Assembly: GCF_001194135.2 (NCBI RefSeq)
Contig: NC_068982.1
Location: forward strand, 64,037,956-64,076,840
Length of the DNA stretch: 38,885 nucleotides
Origin: Octopus bimaculoides
Taxonomy: Eukaryota
Direction: 5' to 3'
The notes beneath the pieces were generated by a model. The model was not told where the DNA came from, did no database searches, and saw only the letters and a list, made by a program, of their open reading frames with translations. This document shows, in pieces, positions 38,841-38,885 of this stretch (positions are counted from its first letter, which is position 1; each line of letters opens with the position of its first letter). The translations under genes were made by a program, and so were the position numbers.

Positions 38841-38885
38841 CTAATATATAATTCCTGTACATCACCTCCAAACCTCCAAATATAT

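Overview
AT-rich eukaryotic genomic DNA with four N-gaps, most likely from an octopod cephalopod. That assignment is inferred from the recurring SINE/RTE repeat families and was not checked against a database. Two spliced genes converge tail-to-tail. NELFE (negative elongation factor E, + strand) has 10 coding exons, 5977-23835, giving 276 aa. A kynurenine aminotransferase I/III-type gene (KYAT/CCBL, - strand) has its last 7 coding exons at 38520-24959; its 5' part lies beyond the window. All 17 exons were assembled by hand with GT-AG boundaries and consistent phases. The rest is mostly decayed mobile DNA: a Tigger/pogo element, three Tc1/mariner elements, RTE and CR1/L2 LINE pieces, two Penelope-like pieces, a Gypsy-like pol fragment and several tRNA-derived SINE families. 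The most unusual feature is the amount of long inverted structure in the KYAT pre-mRNA. It includes a ~1 kb inverted duplication bracketing the PLP-lysine exon, a ~500 bp fold-back containing a hammerhead-ribozyme-like core, and a 220 bp palindrome. Inverted SINE pairs also flank NELFE exons. No CRISPR, rRNA or intact tRNA gene was seen. All identities and alignments are by eye.
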